A stretch of 64,000 nt of DNA from a bacterium (GCA_021786945.1 JAJYMK010000003.1:37105-101104); one strand, 5' to 3'. Positions 19,747-30,496 are shown, counted from the stretch's first letter. A program made the numbers and translations. Notes: generated by a model from the letters alone, not told the origin.

Positions 19747-20156
19747 TGGTAAAGGTTTGGGTTATTGATAAAAAAACCGAAAAATATAAAAAAATTATTT
19801 CACAAAAAGCTCGCTTGGTTGCGAGTTTTTTGGACTTAGACGGATATATTGAGATATTTTTGGTTGGCAATAAACAGATGAAGAAGAATGTTTTGTCCTA
19901 TGTTGATAAAGACAGAAAGTTACCATTTTTCAGGCCGGATATTAAGGATGAATATTTGGGTGAAATTTATTTGAATCCATTTTATATCAAAGAAAATGGG
20001 GAGAGTCTTTTATTTATGCTTTTTCACGGACTTTTGCACATCGCGGGCTATGATCATAAGAAGAAAAATGATAGAATAAAGATGGAGAAATTAGAGAGAA
20101 AAATTTTTTTGAAATTTGGCGGAACATCTCGTTCGCAATTCCTTGAACGTTTATAA
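19746..20156 (+). CDS. ybeY: rRNA maturation endoribonuclease YbeY (compact)
   Basis: HGLLHIAGYDH metal-binding motif. Confidence 0.75.
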   Translation: MVKVWVIDKKTEKYKKIISQKARLVASFLDLDGYIEIFLVGNKQMKKNVLSYVDKDRKLPFFRPDIKDEYLGEIYLNPFYIKENGESLLFMLFHGLLHIAGYDHKKKNDRIKMEKLERKIFLKFGGTSRSQFLERL

Positions 20157-20206
20157 AAATCAGCGGATAAGCAATTGCGAGCCAGCGGTTAGGCTTTTTA
20201 TTTTTT

Positions 20207-21430
20207 ATGTCTGATAATTTTATTACAGGTTTAGATATTGGAGCCAGCAATATAAAAGCGATAGTCGGCCAAGTAAATGAAGACGGCCGAATTTCTGTTT
20301 TAAAGGTATTTAAATCGCCTTCGGCCGGAATTAGAAAGGGCGTGATTGACGATTTTTCCGAGCTTACAAAAAGCCTTTCTCAAATTTTTGGTGAGATAAA
20401 AAATTTTTCTAGAAATGCTTTAAAAAATATTTATATAAATATTGAAAGCCCTGATATACATACACAGTTTTCAAGGGGAATTGTTGCTGTTTCCCGAGCC
20501 GATCAGGAGATTCATAAAGATGATATGGACCGGGCATTACAGGCTTCTCAGTCTGTAAAACTTTCGGCTAATAGAGCAGTTTTGCATGCTATTACCAAAG
20601 AATTTATAGTAGACGGTATTGGAGACATCAGAGATCCAATGGGGATGATAGGAAACAGATTGGAGGTAAATAGTCTTATAATTGATGTATTTGATCCCGC
20701 GGTTAAGAATCTTACTAAGTGCGTGGAAATGGCCGGAGGAATAGTTAGCGGGTTAATCTTTAGTCCTTTAGCCAGTGCGCGTTCGGTTTTATCTAAAAAT
20801 CAAAAGGATTTAGGGGTTGTATTGGTGGATATTGGCTTTAGTACAACCGGTATATGTGTTTATGAAGAAAATAAACTTATTCATGCTGCGGTTTTGCCGG
20901 TTGGTTCCGGTAACATAACCAACGATCTGGCAATTGTTTTGAAAACTTCCGTAACTGCAGCAGAAGCAATAAAACTTTCTTTTGGCACCGCTTTAGCTAA
21001 AGAGGTTTCGGGAAGAGAGGTGATAGATTTAAGAAAAATAGATCCAAATGCAAAAAATACTACCACCAAAAAGAAAGTTGCCGAAATTATAGAAACAAGA
21101 CTGGCTGAAATATTTGAATTTATAAACGGTGAACTTAAAAATATAGGAAAGGCTGGTCAGTTACCTGCGGGTGTAGTGATAGTTGGAGGGGGGTCAAAGA
21201 TGGCAAATATAGTTGATTTGGCCAAACAAGAACTTAAACTTCCCGCCCAAATAGGAATTCCAGAAACGACTTCATTGGATATAGCAAATGGCGAAATAAA
21301 TTTGCAGGTGGAAGATCCGGAATTATCTTGTGCGGCAGGTCTCCTGATTGAGGGTTCTGAGAGAAGTTTTACGAAGAGTGATAATTTAAAAGGTTGGCTT
21401 GGTAAAATAATAAATGCTTTGAAACCATAA
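20207..21430 (+). CDS. ftsA: Cell division protein FtsA
   Basis: Actin-fold ATPase (GLDIGASNIKAIVG ... VVGGGS). It sits immediately upstream of ftsZ. Confidence 0.88.
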   Translation: MSDNFITGLDIGASNIKAIVGQVNEDGRISVLKVFKSPSAGIRKGVIDDFSELTKSLSQIFGEIKNFSRNALKNIYINIESPDIHTQFSRGIVAVSRADQEIHKDDMDRALQASQSVKLSANRAVLHAITKEFIVDGIGDIRDPMGMIGNRLEVNSLIIDVFDPAVKNLTKCVEMAGGIVSGLIFSPLASARSVLSKNQKDLGVVLVDIGFSTTGICVYEENKLIHAAVLPVGSGNITNDLAIVLKTSVTAAEAIKLSFGTALAKEVSGREVIDLRKIDPNAKNTTTKKKVAEIIETRLAEIFEFINGELKNIGKAGQLPAGVVIVGGGSKMANIVDLAKQELKLPAQIGIPETTSLDIANGEINLQVEDPELSCAAGLLIEGSERSFTKSDNLKGWLGKIINALKP

Positions 21431-21433
21431 TTT

Positions 21434-22627
21434 ATGACAAATGACAATAAAAAAAGAATAGGCGATGATAGGCCGATTGCTCATGGCCAGGCCAGCATAA
21501 AAGTTGTTGGTGTGGGGGGTGGAGGAGGAAATGCTGTTCATAGAATGAAGAAGTATTTTGAAAGAGGAATTGATTTTGTAGCTATTAATACAGATGCTCA
21601 AGATTTGGATTATTGTGATGTAAAAACAAAAATTCATATAGGCAAAAATTTAACCCGGGGTTTAGGTGCGGGTATGAATCCGGAATTGGGCAGACAGGCT
21701 GCCGAAGAAACCAAAGCCGAAATTATTGAATCTTTAAAAGGAGCTGATTTGGTTTTTATTACGGCTGGACTTGGTGGTGGTACCGGAACAGGAGCCTCAC
21801 CGGTTGTAGCAGAATTAGCTAAAGAAGCCGGGGCTTTGACTGTCGCTGTAGTTACTAGGCCGTTTGGTTTCGAGGGCGGGCAAAGAGGAAGGATAGCCGA
21901 TGAAGGTCTTCAGAAATTAAAAGAAAAGGTAGATACAATGATTGTTATTCCTAATGACAGGGTTTTTTCGGTTATTGATAAGGACACTCCGCTTATTAAA
22001 GCTTTTGAAATAGTTGATGAAATTTTAAGATATGCTGTTCAGGGAATCGCCGATCTTATCGCTATGCCCGGAATAGTAAATGTAGATTTTGCCGATGTAA
22101 AAGCCATTATGCAGGATGCGGGTACCGCAATTGTCGGGATAGGAATGAGTTCTGGTGAGGGAAGGGCTATGAAATCTGTAACACAGGCGGTACACTCTCC
22201 TCTTCTGGAAGTTTCGATTGATGGGGCTAAAGGTGTTTTATTTGGAATTTCCGGTGGAAAAGATTTAAAAATGAGTGAAATAAATGATATTGCTAAAACC
22301 ATATCGGAGTCGGTTGACCCTACAGCTAAAATTATTTTTGGAGCTTATTGCGACAAGAAAATGAGACCCGGATTTATAAAAGTTACTCTTATCGCTACCG
22401 GTTTTTCCGGAAATTCAATTTCAAAAATAGGATCATCATCTTCTTCTACTTTATTTGGCTCCGTTTCGCATGATATTGGTAAGACTCAGATTGGGATAAA
22501 GGAATCTAAAAATGAATTATCGGCAGAAAAAAATGAAGTTTCTTCCAAAGAAAAAATTCAACAGCCTATTAAAAAGAAAACTTCAGAGTGGGATATACCG
22601 GCATTTTTAAGAAAGGGTAAAAAATAA
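21434..22627 (+). CDS. ftsZ: Cell division GTPase FtsZ
   Basis: Tubulin signature GGGTGTG, GVGGGGGNAV, and the T7 loop. Confidence 0.95.
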   Translation: MTNDNKKRIGDDRPIAHGQASIKVVGVGGGGGNAVHRMKKYFERGIDFVAINTDAQDLDYCDVKTKIHIGKNLTRGLGAGMNPELGRQAAEETKAEIIESLKGADLVFITAGLGGGTGTGASPVVAELAKEAGALTVAVVTRPFGFEGGQRGRIADEGLQKLKEKVDTMIVIPNDRVFSVIDKDTPLIKAFEIVDEILRYAVQGIADLIAMPGIVNVDFADVKAIMQDAGTAIVGIGMSSGEGRAMKSVTQAVHSPLLEVSIDGAKGVLFGISGGKDLKMSEINDIAKTISESVDPTAKIIFGAYCDKKMRPGFIKVTLIATGFSGNSISKIGSSSSSTLFGSVSHDIGKTQIGIKESKNELSAEKNEVSSKEKIQQPIKKKTSEWDIPAFLRKGKK

Positions 22628-22662
22628 AATATTAAAATTAATTAATTCCACACTAAAAAAGT

Positions 22663-24918
22663 GTGGGATTTACCAACAAAATGATAAAATTTATTAAAAA
22701 AAGAGACGGAAATATAGTTGCTTTTGATAGGGACAAAATTTCAGCCGCTATTTTGAAAGCCATGGTTGCTTCTCAGGAGGGTTCGGAAAAAGATTCGGAA
22801 AAAGTTACCGATCAAGTTATTAAAGATTTGGTTAAAAAATATACAAAAGACGGTTTTCCCGGCGTGGAAAATATCCAAGATGTCGTTGAAACAGACTTGA
22901 TTTTAATGGATTATGCCAAAGCCGCTAAAGCCTATATTCTTTATCGACAAGAAAGAGCCAAGCTTAGGGAACAACGAAGGGAGATACCGGAGCATGTAAA
23001 GAAATTAGCTGAAGAAAGTAAGAAATATTTTAAAAATCCTTTGGCGGAATTCGTTTATTACAGAAGTTATTCCAGATGGATTGAAGAGGAGGGTAGGAGA
23101 GAAACTTGGATTGAAACCGTTGGCAGATACATGAATTTTATGAAGGATAAATTGGGAAAAAAGTTGACCGAGAAGGAATATGAAGAGATACATCAGGCCA
23201 TATTAAATCAAGAAGTCATGCCTTCCATGCGTTTGATGTGGAGCGCTGGAAATGCCGTAAAAAAGACCAATGTCGCCGCATACAATTGTTCTTATGTTGC
23301 CGTCTCAAAACTTAAAGATTTTTCGGAATTAATGTACCTTTTGATGTGTGGGGCCGGAGCCGGTTTTTCTGTTGAGCAACAAACAGTTCAGAAACTCCCA
23401 CAAATAAAGAGGCAGTCCGGTAAAAAAGCCAGGTCCTATGCTATTGAAGATAGCAAGGAGGGCTGGGCAGACGCTTTATATTTTGGCTTAAAGACGTGGT
23501 TTGACGGAAGAGACGTTGTTTTTGATTATTCAAATCTTAGACCTATGGGCGCCAGATTGAAAACAATGGGCGGAAAAAGTTCCGGTCCTGATCCGTTAAG
23601 ACGTGCTTTGGAGTTCGCTCGTGAAAGAATTTTAGCCAGACAGGGTAGAAGGCTTACATCTTTGGATGTGCATGACATTTTGTGTAAGATAGGCGAGGTA
23701 GTGGTAATGGGTGGCGTAAGACGAAGCGCTTTGCTTTCACTTTCCGATTTGGATGATGAAGATTTGAGGGATGCTAAAAAAGGAATGTTTTACTTAACCG
23801 ATCCTCAAAGGAGCATGGCTAATAATTCTGTGGCCTATATGGACAAACCTTCAGCGGCTCAATTTTTGGATGAATGGTTGGCTTTGGCAAAAAGCGGATC
23901 CGGTGAAAGAGGTATTTTTAACCGCGGCGGCCTAAAATATCAGATTCCGGAAAGGCGCTGGAAAAAAATGGGTGACAAATGGGTTACCGCTGGCGTGAAT
24001 CCGTGCGGAGAAATAAATTTGCGTTCAAAGGGATTTTGTAATCTTTCAGAAGTTGTAGCTCGGGCCAATGATACGGAGAAGTCGCTTCTTGAAAAAATTC
24101 GCTTAGCCGCTATTCTTGGGACTTTCCAATCAACTTTAACGGATTTTCCGTATTTGTCTAAAGATTGGAAAGAAAATGCCGAAGAAGAAAGGCTTTTGGG
24201 TGTTTCTATAACAGGCCAATGGGATTGTCCGGTTGTCAGAAATAAAGCTGTCTTAGAAAGGCTTAAAAATAAAGCCGTTGAAATAAATAAAGTTTATGCG
24301 AAAAAAATAGGAATAAATGAATCTTTGGCTGTTACTTGTGTCAAACCTTCGGGAACTGTTTCCCAGCTGGTTGATGCTTCCTCGGGTCTTCATCCTAGAT
24401 ATTCGCCTTATTACATTAGGCGTGTAAGGGTTGCCGCTACCGACAGTTTGTTTAAGATGCTTAAAGACCAAAAAATGCCTTATTATCCGGAGGTTGGACA
24501 GAGTTATGATAGTGCTACCAGCTATATTTTTGAATTTCCAATAAAGTCGCCAAAGGGAACAATTTTTAGGAATGATTTATCTGCATTGGAACAGTTGGAA
24601 TACTGGAAGTTGGTTAAAGAAAATTATACAGAGCATAATCCTTCGGTAACAATTTCCGTTGGTACCGATGAGTGGATTGATGTTGCAAATTGGGTTTATA
24701 AAAATTGGAACATCGTTGGCGGGCTTTCTTTCCTTCCGAGAGAAGAGCATATTTATGCTATGGCTCCTTATGAAGAAATAGACAAGGAGACTTATGAAAT
24801 GATGATGAAAAAAATGCCCAAGATAGATTTTGCCCAGATTTTACTTTATGAAAAAGATGATGAAACTCAGGGCTCCAAAGAATTGGCTTGTATGGGAGGA
24901 AAATGTGAAATTGCTTAG
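22663..24918 (+). CDS. nrdJ: Class II (adenosylcobalamin-type) ribonucleotide reductase with N-terminal ATP-cone
   Basis: ATP-cone start IKKRDGNIVAFDRDKI. Thiyl-radical loop NPCGEINL, which is the class II hallmark rather than the class I NxCxE. C-terminal Cys pair CMGGKC. Confidence 0.75.
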   Translation: MGFTNKMIKFIKKRDGNIVAFDRDKISAAILKAMVASQEGSEKDSEKVTDQVIKDLVKKYTKDGFPGVENIQDVVETDLILMDYAKAAKAYILYRQERAKLREQRREIPEHVKKLAEESKKYFKNPLAEFVYYRSYSRWIEEEGRRETWIETVGRYMNFMKDKLGKKLTEKEYEEIHQAILNQEVMPSMRLMWSAGNAVKKTNVAAYNCSYVAVSKLKDFSELMYLLMCGAGAGFSVEQQTVQKLPQIKRQSGKKARSYAIEDSKEGWADALYFGLKTWFDGRDVVFDYSNLRPMGARLKTMGGKSSGPDPLRRALEFARERILARQGRRLTSLDVHDILCKIGEVVVMGGVRRSALLSLSDLDDEDLRDAKKGMFYLTDPQRSMANNSVAYMDKPSAAQFLDEWLALAKSGSGERGIFNRGGLKYQIPERRWKKMGDKWVTAGVNPCGEINLRSKGFCNLSEVVARANDTEKSLLEKIRLAAILGTFQSTLTDFPYLSKDWKENAEEERLLGVSITGQWDCPVVRNKAVLERLKNKAVEINKVYAKKIGINESLAVTCVKPSGTVSQLVDASSGLHPRYSPYYIRRVRVAATDSLFKMLKDQKMPYYPEVGQSYDSATSYIFEFPIKSPKGTIFRNDLSALEQLEYWKLVKENYTEHNPSVTISVGTDEWIDVANWVYKNWNIVGGLSFLPREEHIYAMAPYEEIDKETYEMMMKKMPKIDFAQILLYEKDDETQGSKELACMGGKCEIA

Positions 24919-24934
24919 TTCGTTTAATTAAGTA

Positions 24935-24962
24935 AAAGGCGCCTTTTAAGGCGCCTTTTTGT
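24935..24962. terminator. Bidirectional rho-independent terminator (aaaaggcgcc-tttta-aggcgccttttt)
   Basis: Perfect 7-bp GC stem flanked by A-run and T-run. Confidence 0.75.
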
Positions 24963-25166
24963 TTAAGGGGTTTGCGTACTTGTTTATAAGCAGTAAGGCC
25001 ACTATGAAAAGTACAAATGAAAGAACTACTGATTCCGCCGGATGATTTTGGACGAAATTCATTTTTTAACCCTCCTTTTTTATTATTGGGAACTAAAAAT
25101 ATAGTAACTTTTGAATTATTTTTTGTCAAAAAAATCCCCCCGTCATAAAAAGACGAGGGGATTATT

Positions 25167-25829
25167 TTATTGAATGGGGCTTATTTTTATTACAACTATC
25201 ATTAATTCAAGTTTTTGGATACCGTCTTTATCCGATGTTTGTCCGGCATAATTGACGAGACCTAAAACTTTGAATTTTTTGTCGTAATCTATCTGTTTCA
25301 GGAAAAATCGCCAATAATCTCCGACCGCACCCCAAAAAAGTTTTTTTTGGAGAAGAAGAGCATTGCTCGGATCTGTGGAAATCATCAGTTGCTTTATTAT
25401 TTTTTCCTGTCCGTTTATGTTTACTGGTACGTTTTCGGCGTAGTATATGTCGGGCACATAGACAGCCAGATAGTTTCCGTCTTTACCTCGGCAAATATGG
25501 GTCATTACGAGATTAGCTACGCGCCCTTCAAATTCTATAAGCAAATTTGAAGCAGGGCTGAACATAGCCGTTTTTTCTTTTTCCAAATCGTGGGAAGCCT
25601 GAATTCTCTCGAGAGCTTCTTTTATTTGGATAGGCGGAATTTTTCCGTTTAATATTTTTTCCGCATGATTTCCATCGTCGAGCCGGTCGATCATTTTAAG
25701 CGATTTCGTAGTTATGCTTAAAGTTGATCCGTTAAGGTCGTAAACTGCCCCGCGAGTGCCGCCGTCTTCAGCAAAAATCCTTAAATTTAAGGAAAATAAT
25801 ATCAAAAGAATCATTAAAAACTCTTTCAT
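25167..25829 (-). CDS. Secreted protein of unknown function
   Basis: Signal peptide MKEFLMILLILFSLNLRIFA. Confidence 0.5.
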   Translation of the reverse strand: MKEFLMILLILFSLNLRIFAEDGGTRGAVYDLNGSTLSITTKSLKMIDRLDDGNHAEKILNGKIPPIQIKEALERIQASHDLEKEKTAMFSPASNLLIEFEGRVANLVMTHICRGKDGNYLAVYVPDIYYAENVPVNINGQEKIIKQLMISTDPSNALLLQKKLFWGAVGDYWRFFLKQIDYDKKFKVLGLVNYAGQTSDKDGIQKLELMIVVIKISPIQ

Positions 25830-25902
25830 ACCCCCTCCTTTTTAAAGAACTCTATCTGTTTTTATATTAAAGCGGGGATAGCCCAATCGTCAAACCCATT
25901 TT

Positions 25903-26613
25903 TTATTTTAAACCCAAACTTCCCAAAAAGGCTTTTTTCTCGTTATTTTCTATATTTCTTTTTTCCCCTGGTTTTAAATCGCCTAGTCTTATATCCATTA
26001 TCCTTTTTCTTTTCAATTTTTCTACGGTAAGCCTGAGAGCCGCTAACATGCGTCTTATTTGATGAGTTTTGCCCTCGGTTAAAACTATATTCATCTTATG
26101 GTCACCAATAATATTTACTGTTTTGGCCGTAAGTTTTTCTCCTTCGGTAATTATTCCGGCTTCAAGAACTTTTTCTGCTCTATTTGGTATTTTTTCTCTT
26201 ACTATCACTTCGTATTCTTTTTCATGTTCGAATCTTGGACTTAAAATTCTCTCGGTTATGCGACCATCGTTGGTTAAAATAATTAGACCCTCGGATTCCT
26301 TATCTAATCTGCCAATTGGAAAAATACCAGGAATATTTAAAATATCTTCAATCGATCTTTCCCCGTGTCTAGGAGAATGGGTGACTATACCTCTGGGTTT
26401 GTAATAAGCCAGATAAATTAATTTTTTTACATTGCCCTTTTGAAGGACTTTAATATCATCAGTTTCCGAAACTTTATCACCGAGCACAGCCTTTCTCCCG
26501 TTTATAAATACTAAGCCAGAGCTGATAAGCTCATCCGCTTCGCGTCTGGTAGCTACACTTTTAAGAGCTAAATATCTATTTATCCTTATTGGGTATATTA
26601 TTTCTTCAGTCAT
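25903..26613 (-). CDS. Pseudouridine synthase, RsuA/RluB family (S4 domain plus catalytic domain)
   Basis: S4-like N-terminus (RINRYLA...) and catalytic GRLDKESEGLIILTNDG. Confidence 0.85.
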   Translation of the reverse strand: MTEEIIYPIRINRYLALKSVATRREADELISSGLVFINGRKAVLGDKVSETDDIKVLQKGNVKKLIYLAYYKPRGIVTHSPRHGERSIEDILNIPGIFPIGRLDKESEGLIILTNDGRITERILSPRFEHEKEYEVIVREKIPNRAEKVLEAGIITEGEKLTAKTVNIIGDHKMNIVLTEGKTHQIRRMLAALRLTVEKLKRKRIMDIRLGDLKPGEKRNIENNEKKAFLGSLGLK

Positions 26614-26630
26614 AGTTCTTTAAGAATATA

Positions 26631-27140
26631 TTAAATTTGCCTACTATCATAGGCCCAATGCAAAACAGCCTGCCTTTGTTTAGCTCTGCATAATAAATCT
26701 TTGGATTTACAATTATTTTTTAGTTGTGCAATGTGTCGTTTTATAGCGCGCCATCTTTTGATCTGCCTGTTATCTTCATTGATAATTCTTCTGCCCATGT
26801 AATATCGGCAATACCACTGGAACCATCCCCGAGGATCTTCCTTATAAATCCAACCTTTCTTTTTCCAGACCGAGAGGGGTTGGCTGGCATTTACTTTAAA
26901 AAAATTAAGATTTGGATCATGTTTTTCGTGGCAAAGCTTGGCTTTTTTGAACCAGCTTTTTGGGAATTCTTTTTTACAGTCCGTCATATATTTTCCGCCA
27001 AAAATTCCTATTTCCAGCATTTGTTTTGGGGTTAGCTCAGGTTTAAATTTTGGATCAAAATTTTTTCCGGATGGTTCGGATAGGGCATAGCTATAATTTT
27101 TCTGCATTAAGTCGCTTACAGTTATGATTTTATTTGGCAT
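26631..27140 (-). CDS. Basic Trp/Cys-rich protein of unknown function
   Basis: Distinctive GWFQWYCRYYMGRR...DNRQIKRW segment. Confidence 0.4.
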   Translation of the reverse strand: MPNKIITVSDLMQKNYSYALSEPSGKNFDPKFKPELTPKQMLEIGIFGGKYMTDCKKEFPKSWFKKAKLCHEKHDPNLNFFKVNASQPLSVWKKKGWIYKEDPRGWFQWYCRYYMGRRIINEDNRQIKRWRAIKRHIAQLKNNCKSKDLLCRAKQRQAVLHWAYDSRQI

Positions 27141-27798
27141 TTATCTTTTTATTTTTGATAAATTTTATCAAGAATACAATGCCGTAGATAACTATGATTA
27201 TTATTAATATTCCTATACCAAGAAAAGCGCCAAGTTTGTTTTGAAATACCGAGTACCATGGTTTTTGAAAAAACACAGTTTTAATTTTATAAAGCTCGCT
27301 AAACATTTTGGGCATTTGTATTAAGGGAAAACTTTCTTTTTCCCCGACAACAAAAACATATTCTCCTTTATTCCCGGGATTAAAAACTGAAATCGTATAT
27401 TGTCCGGCGGGTAATTCTTTTTTAAATTCCGGACCCATCCAGTACCAATCTCCCCCGAATTCTTCATACCAATGTGTCCAGGTATAATTGTTTAAGCCGT
27501 CCAATTTTTTTATTTCAATTCCGTTTTCATTTGTTATTGAAGCAAATAGATTATTTTGCGGATTACCCACATCCGGAGTTAAGAGCTGTATATATAATTG
27601 AAAATCCGAAGCTGAATCTATTGAAAAATTTACCGGTTGCCCATCCAAAAATCCATAAAAAGCCTGAGAAATTTCTGGATTTATAACCGTGATTTCTTTG
27701 GCTTTATCTATGAAGTTTGGCTGGTGAGCTTCCGCTGGGCAGTAAAACATTAAAAACAATGAAAGGGTAGCCAATAAGATTATTTGTATTTTTTTCAT
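27130..27798 (-). CDS. Signal-peptide protein with C-terminal TM anchor
   Basis: N-terminal signal MKKIQIILLATLSLFLMFYCPAEA and C-terminal GILIIIIVIYGIVFLI. Confidence 0.5.
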   Translation of the reverse strand: MKKIQIILLATLSLFLMFYCPAEAHQPNFIDKAKEITVINPEISQAFYGFLDGQPVNFSIDSASDFQLYIQLLTPDVGNPQNNLFASITNENGIEIKKLDGLNNYTWTHWYEEFGGDWYWMGPEFKKELPAGQYTISVFNPGNKGEYVFVVGEKESFPLIQMPKMFSELYKIKTVFFQKPWYSVFQNKLGAFLGIGILIIIIVIYGIVFLIKFIKNKKINAK

Positions 27799-27858
27799 AA
27801 TATAAATTATAACAAAAAAACAACCTGTTTTTATCGAGCTGTTTTTTTAAAAAAATAA

Positions 27859-28224
27859 CTAGCACTTTTCATTTAACCATTCTTCGGCGGATTCTATTGA
27901 TTCAAAAAATTCTACATCTGGTTTAAATTCAGTAGCTATTTTTACAAATGCTTTAACCACCGGATTTTTTATTACAAAAGCCGTTGGGCCCAATCTCTTG
28001 TCTTTTAGAAATTCCTGATAAATTTTTATACCCTTGTAATCAGAAGTACCAGATAGAAGCATATCAACTATTCCGCATACTTTCTTATTTTGGTATTTAT
28101 CCAGTAATTTATTAGCGGTATTTACAAATTCTTTAGCTACGTTTTCGTCACCGTCACCGATTATCGTTGCCAACATTATCATTCCCTCATCCTTTTCACT
28201 TCTTATTGTTATTGTATGTTTCAT
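27859..28224 (-). CDS. Small cytoplasmic protein, possibly STAS-like
   Basis: Weak STAS-like C-terminus (EFFESIESAEEWL). Confidence 0.3.
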   Translation of the reverse strand: MKHTITIRSEKDEGMIMLATIIGDGDENVAKEFVNTANKLLDKYQNKKVCGIVDMLLSGTSDYKGIKIYQEFLKDKRLGPTAFVIKNPVVKAFVKIATEFKPDVEFFESIESAEEWLNEKC

Positions 28225-28264
28225 TTTTGTTATATAGCTATATTATACAGTAAAAAATAATATT

Positions 28265-28555
28265 TTATTTAGGTAATTTACCAAATCTTTTTTCTGTATA
28301 AATTATTCTCCACCAATATCGTCCGGCAAAAAAACCCCATACAATTCCGAATATTAAAAAGCTTATTAAGAAAACGAGGGTAGGGGGATAGCCGCTGTAC
28401 CAGATTATATTTTTTTCGGAATGCAGCAATTTTTGCAATACCAGTACTTGTGCAAAAAACAATACAAAATAGTTTATGAGTAATCCAAATATAGATGCGG
28501 CAGCTAGATAAACAATTCGTTTTATTTTCAATGAGCTTTTAGGTTGTATTTGCAT
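28265..28555 (-). CDS. Small membrane protein (3 TM)
   Basis: Hydrophobic profile only. Confidence 0.4.
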   Translation of the reverse strand: MQIQPKSSLKIKRIVYLAAASIFGLLINYFVLFFAQVLVLQKLLHSEKNIIWYSGYPPTLVFLISFLIFGIVWGFFAGRYWWRIIYTEKRFGKLPK

Positions 28556-28632
28556 ATAATTATTATATTAAATTTTTGATATTTATTGTAAGCATTGTTT
28601 TCCCGCGGATGATATAATTAATAATAAGGATT

Positions 28633-30030
28633 ATGAATAATTTTTTTTATAAGAAGATATATTTATTGTTCGGATTAATTATTTTACTGTTTTCTTCGGC
28701 TTCTCTTTCCTATGCCGCCGAATCCAAAATAGTAAAGGTGGGGGCTTTTGATAATTATCCTGTTATTTTTAAAGATTCCGATGGGGTTATTAAGGGTTTT
28801 TATCCGGATCTTTTGGCTGACATCGGAAAAAAAGAAAATATTGATTTTGAATATATTTTTGGCACTTGGAATGATGGTTTAGATCGTATTAAATCCGGAG
28901 AAATTGACATGCTGACTAGCGTGGCATATACCGATGAACGCGCATCGTATATGGATTATTGCAAAAATCCAATTTTAACTGTTTGGGGGGAGTTGTATGC
29001 GTTGCCCTCTTCTAATATTAAGGGGGTTTTAGATGTTGCCGGTAAAAATATTGGAGTTTTGACGGGTGATATTAATTACAAAAATTTTCAGACCCTCGTT
29101 TCTCAATTTAATATTGAAGTAAGATTTTCCGAATTTTCAACTTACGATGAAGTTTTTAATGCCGTTGTTAATAATAAAGTTGATGCCGGTGTTGTTGGCG
29201 TTACTTTTGGCATGGCTAACGAGATCAAATATGGATTGGAATCGACGGGGGTGGTATTTAACCCATTAAATTTATATTTTTCGGTTGCTAAGGGTAAAAA
29301 TCAGGCTTTATTAAAAATTTTGGATAGCTATATTTTGGAATGGAAACAACAAAATAATTCAATTTATGATCAAGCCGAACAAAAATGGCTTAGGGGTTTA
29401 CCAAAAGAATTGCCCGTTATCCCGGATTGGATAGTTGAGATTTTAGTTGCTTTAGGCGTCCTAGTTTTTATTTTATTAATTTTTATTTTTTTGTTGAATT
29501 TTAGGGTTAGACGGGTAACTAAAAAAATAAAAGAAGAAGAAAAAAGATTGGAAGAGAGTGAATGGAAAAATAAAAATATTATTGAGAATTCTAAGGATAT
29601 GATATTTATGATAGGAGCTGATTATAAATATCTAACCGTCAATAAGGCTTTAGCTGATAGTATTAAAAAAATCCCCCAAGATATTATTGGTAAGTCTATG
29701 TTTGATATTTTTCCCGAAGAAACATATTCTGCTTTTTTGGAAAACTTAAAAAAGGTTTTTGAAACAGGAATTGGTTTGTCCGTTGAAGAAAAAGTTATGG
29801 TTGAGAATAAATATGTATTTATAAGTTCAAAATTGGATCCAGTAAAGGATGTAAATGGAAAGGTGGTTGCTGTGGCCGGAATCGTGAGGGATATATCGGA
29901 TAGCAAAAAGAAAGAAGAAGAATTAGAAAGAATGAATAGGTTTATGGTAGCAAGGGAATTAAGGATGAAGGAATTAAAAAATAAAATTACTAAAATGGAA
30001 GATGGAAATTCGGCTGAAAAAAATAATTAA
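28633..30030 (+). CDS. Periplasmic solute-binding (SBP family 3)-TM-PAS sensor protein with no transmitter domain
   Basis: Signal peptide, ~230-aa SBP_bac_3-like domain, TM (ILVALGVLVFILLIFIFLL), a PAS domain, and a C-terminal coiled coil ending LERMNRFMVARELRMKELKNKI. Confidence 0.7.
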   Translation: MNNFFYKKIYLLFGLIILLFSSASLSYAAESKIVKVGAFDNYPVIFKDSDGVIKGFYPDLLADIGKKENIDFEYIFGTWNDGLDRIKSGEIDMLTSVAYTDERASYMDYCKNPILTVWGELYALPSSNIKGVLDVAGKNIGVLTGDINYKNFQTLVSQFNIEVRFSEFSTYDEVFNAVVNNKVDAGVVGVTFGMANEIKYGLESTGVVFNPLNLYFSVAKGKNQALLKILDSYILEWKQQNNSIYDQAEQKWLRGLPKELPVIPDWIVEILVALGVLVFILLIFIFLLNFRVRRVTKKIKEEEKRLEESEWKNKNIIENSKDMIFMIGADYKYLTVNKALADSIKKIPQDIIGKSMFDIFPEETYSAFLENLKKVFETGIGLSVEEKVMVENKYVFISSKLDPVKDVNGKVVAVAGIVRDISDSKKKEEELERMNRFMVARELRMKELKNKITKMEDGNSAEKNN

Positions 30031-30061
30031 AATAATTTAAAATTAATAAAAAACTAAATTA

Positions 30062-30496
30062 ATGCATAAAAAAACTTTAAAAGAATTAGCTAAGTTTGCA
30101 TCGGGACTTATAGCCGCTGATTTTTTATGTGGTTTATGGGTATATTTTAGCGTTATTCCGCCTATTTCATTTTTAGGCATTGTATTTACCAAACAGAATA
30201 TTATTTTGTGGATGGCCTTCGATGTTATTATTTTTTTGTTTTTGGTTCATTATGCTTGGAGAGTAGGAGATAGAGAGAGAACCAGTAAAGAAAAAATTTT
30301 TCACAATATAGCCGGTACCATATTTGCTTTGGTGGCGATACTGCATTTAAGCAGACTATTATTCGGATGGAGATTTATTATTGGATCTTGGTTAGTTCCT
30401 TATTGGCTTAATGGTTTAGGTGTCGTTATAACAATCTTTTTGGCTTATTTAAGTTTTCATATCGGCACGGGCAGAGAAAATAATCAATCTTTATAA
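30062..30496 (+). CDS. Membrane protein (4 TM), unknown
   Basis: Hydrophobic profile only. Confidence 0.4.
   Translation: MHKKTLKELAKFASGLIAADFLCGLWVYFSVIPPISFLGIVFTKQNIILWMAFDVIIFLFLVHYAWRVGDRERTSKEKIFHNIAGTIFALVAILHLSRLLFGWRFIIGSWLVPYWLNGLGVVITIFLAYLSFHIGTGRENNQSL

Noticed and set aside
24758-25129. 123-aa minus-strand ORF
   Set aside because: It overlaps the nrdJ 3' end and both terminators, and has no start context.
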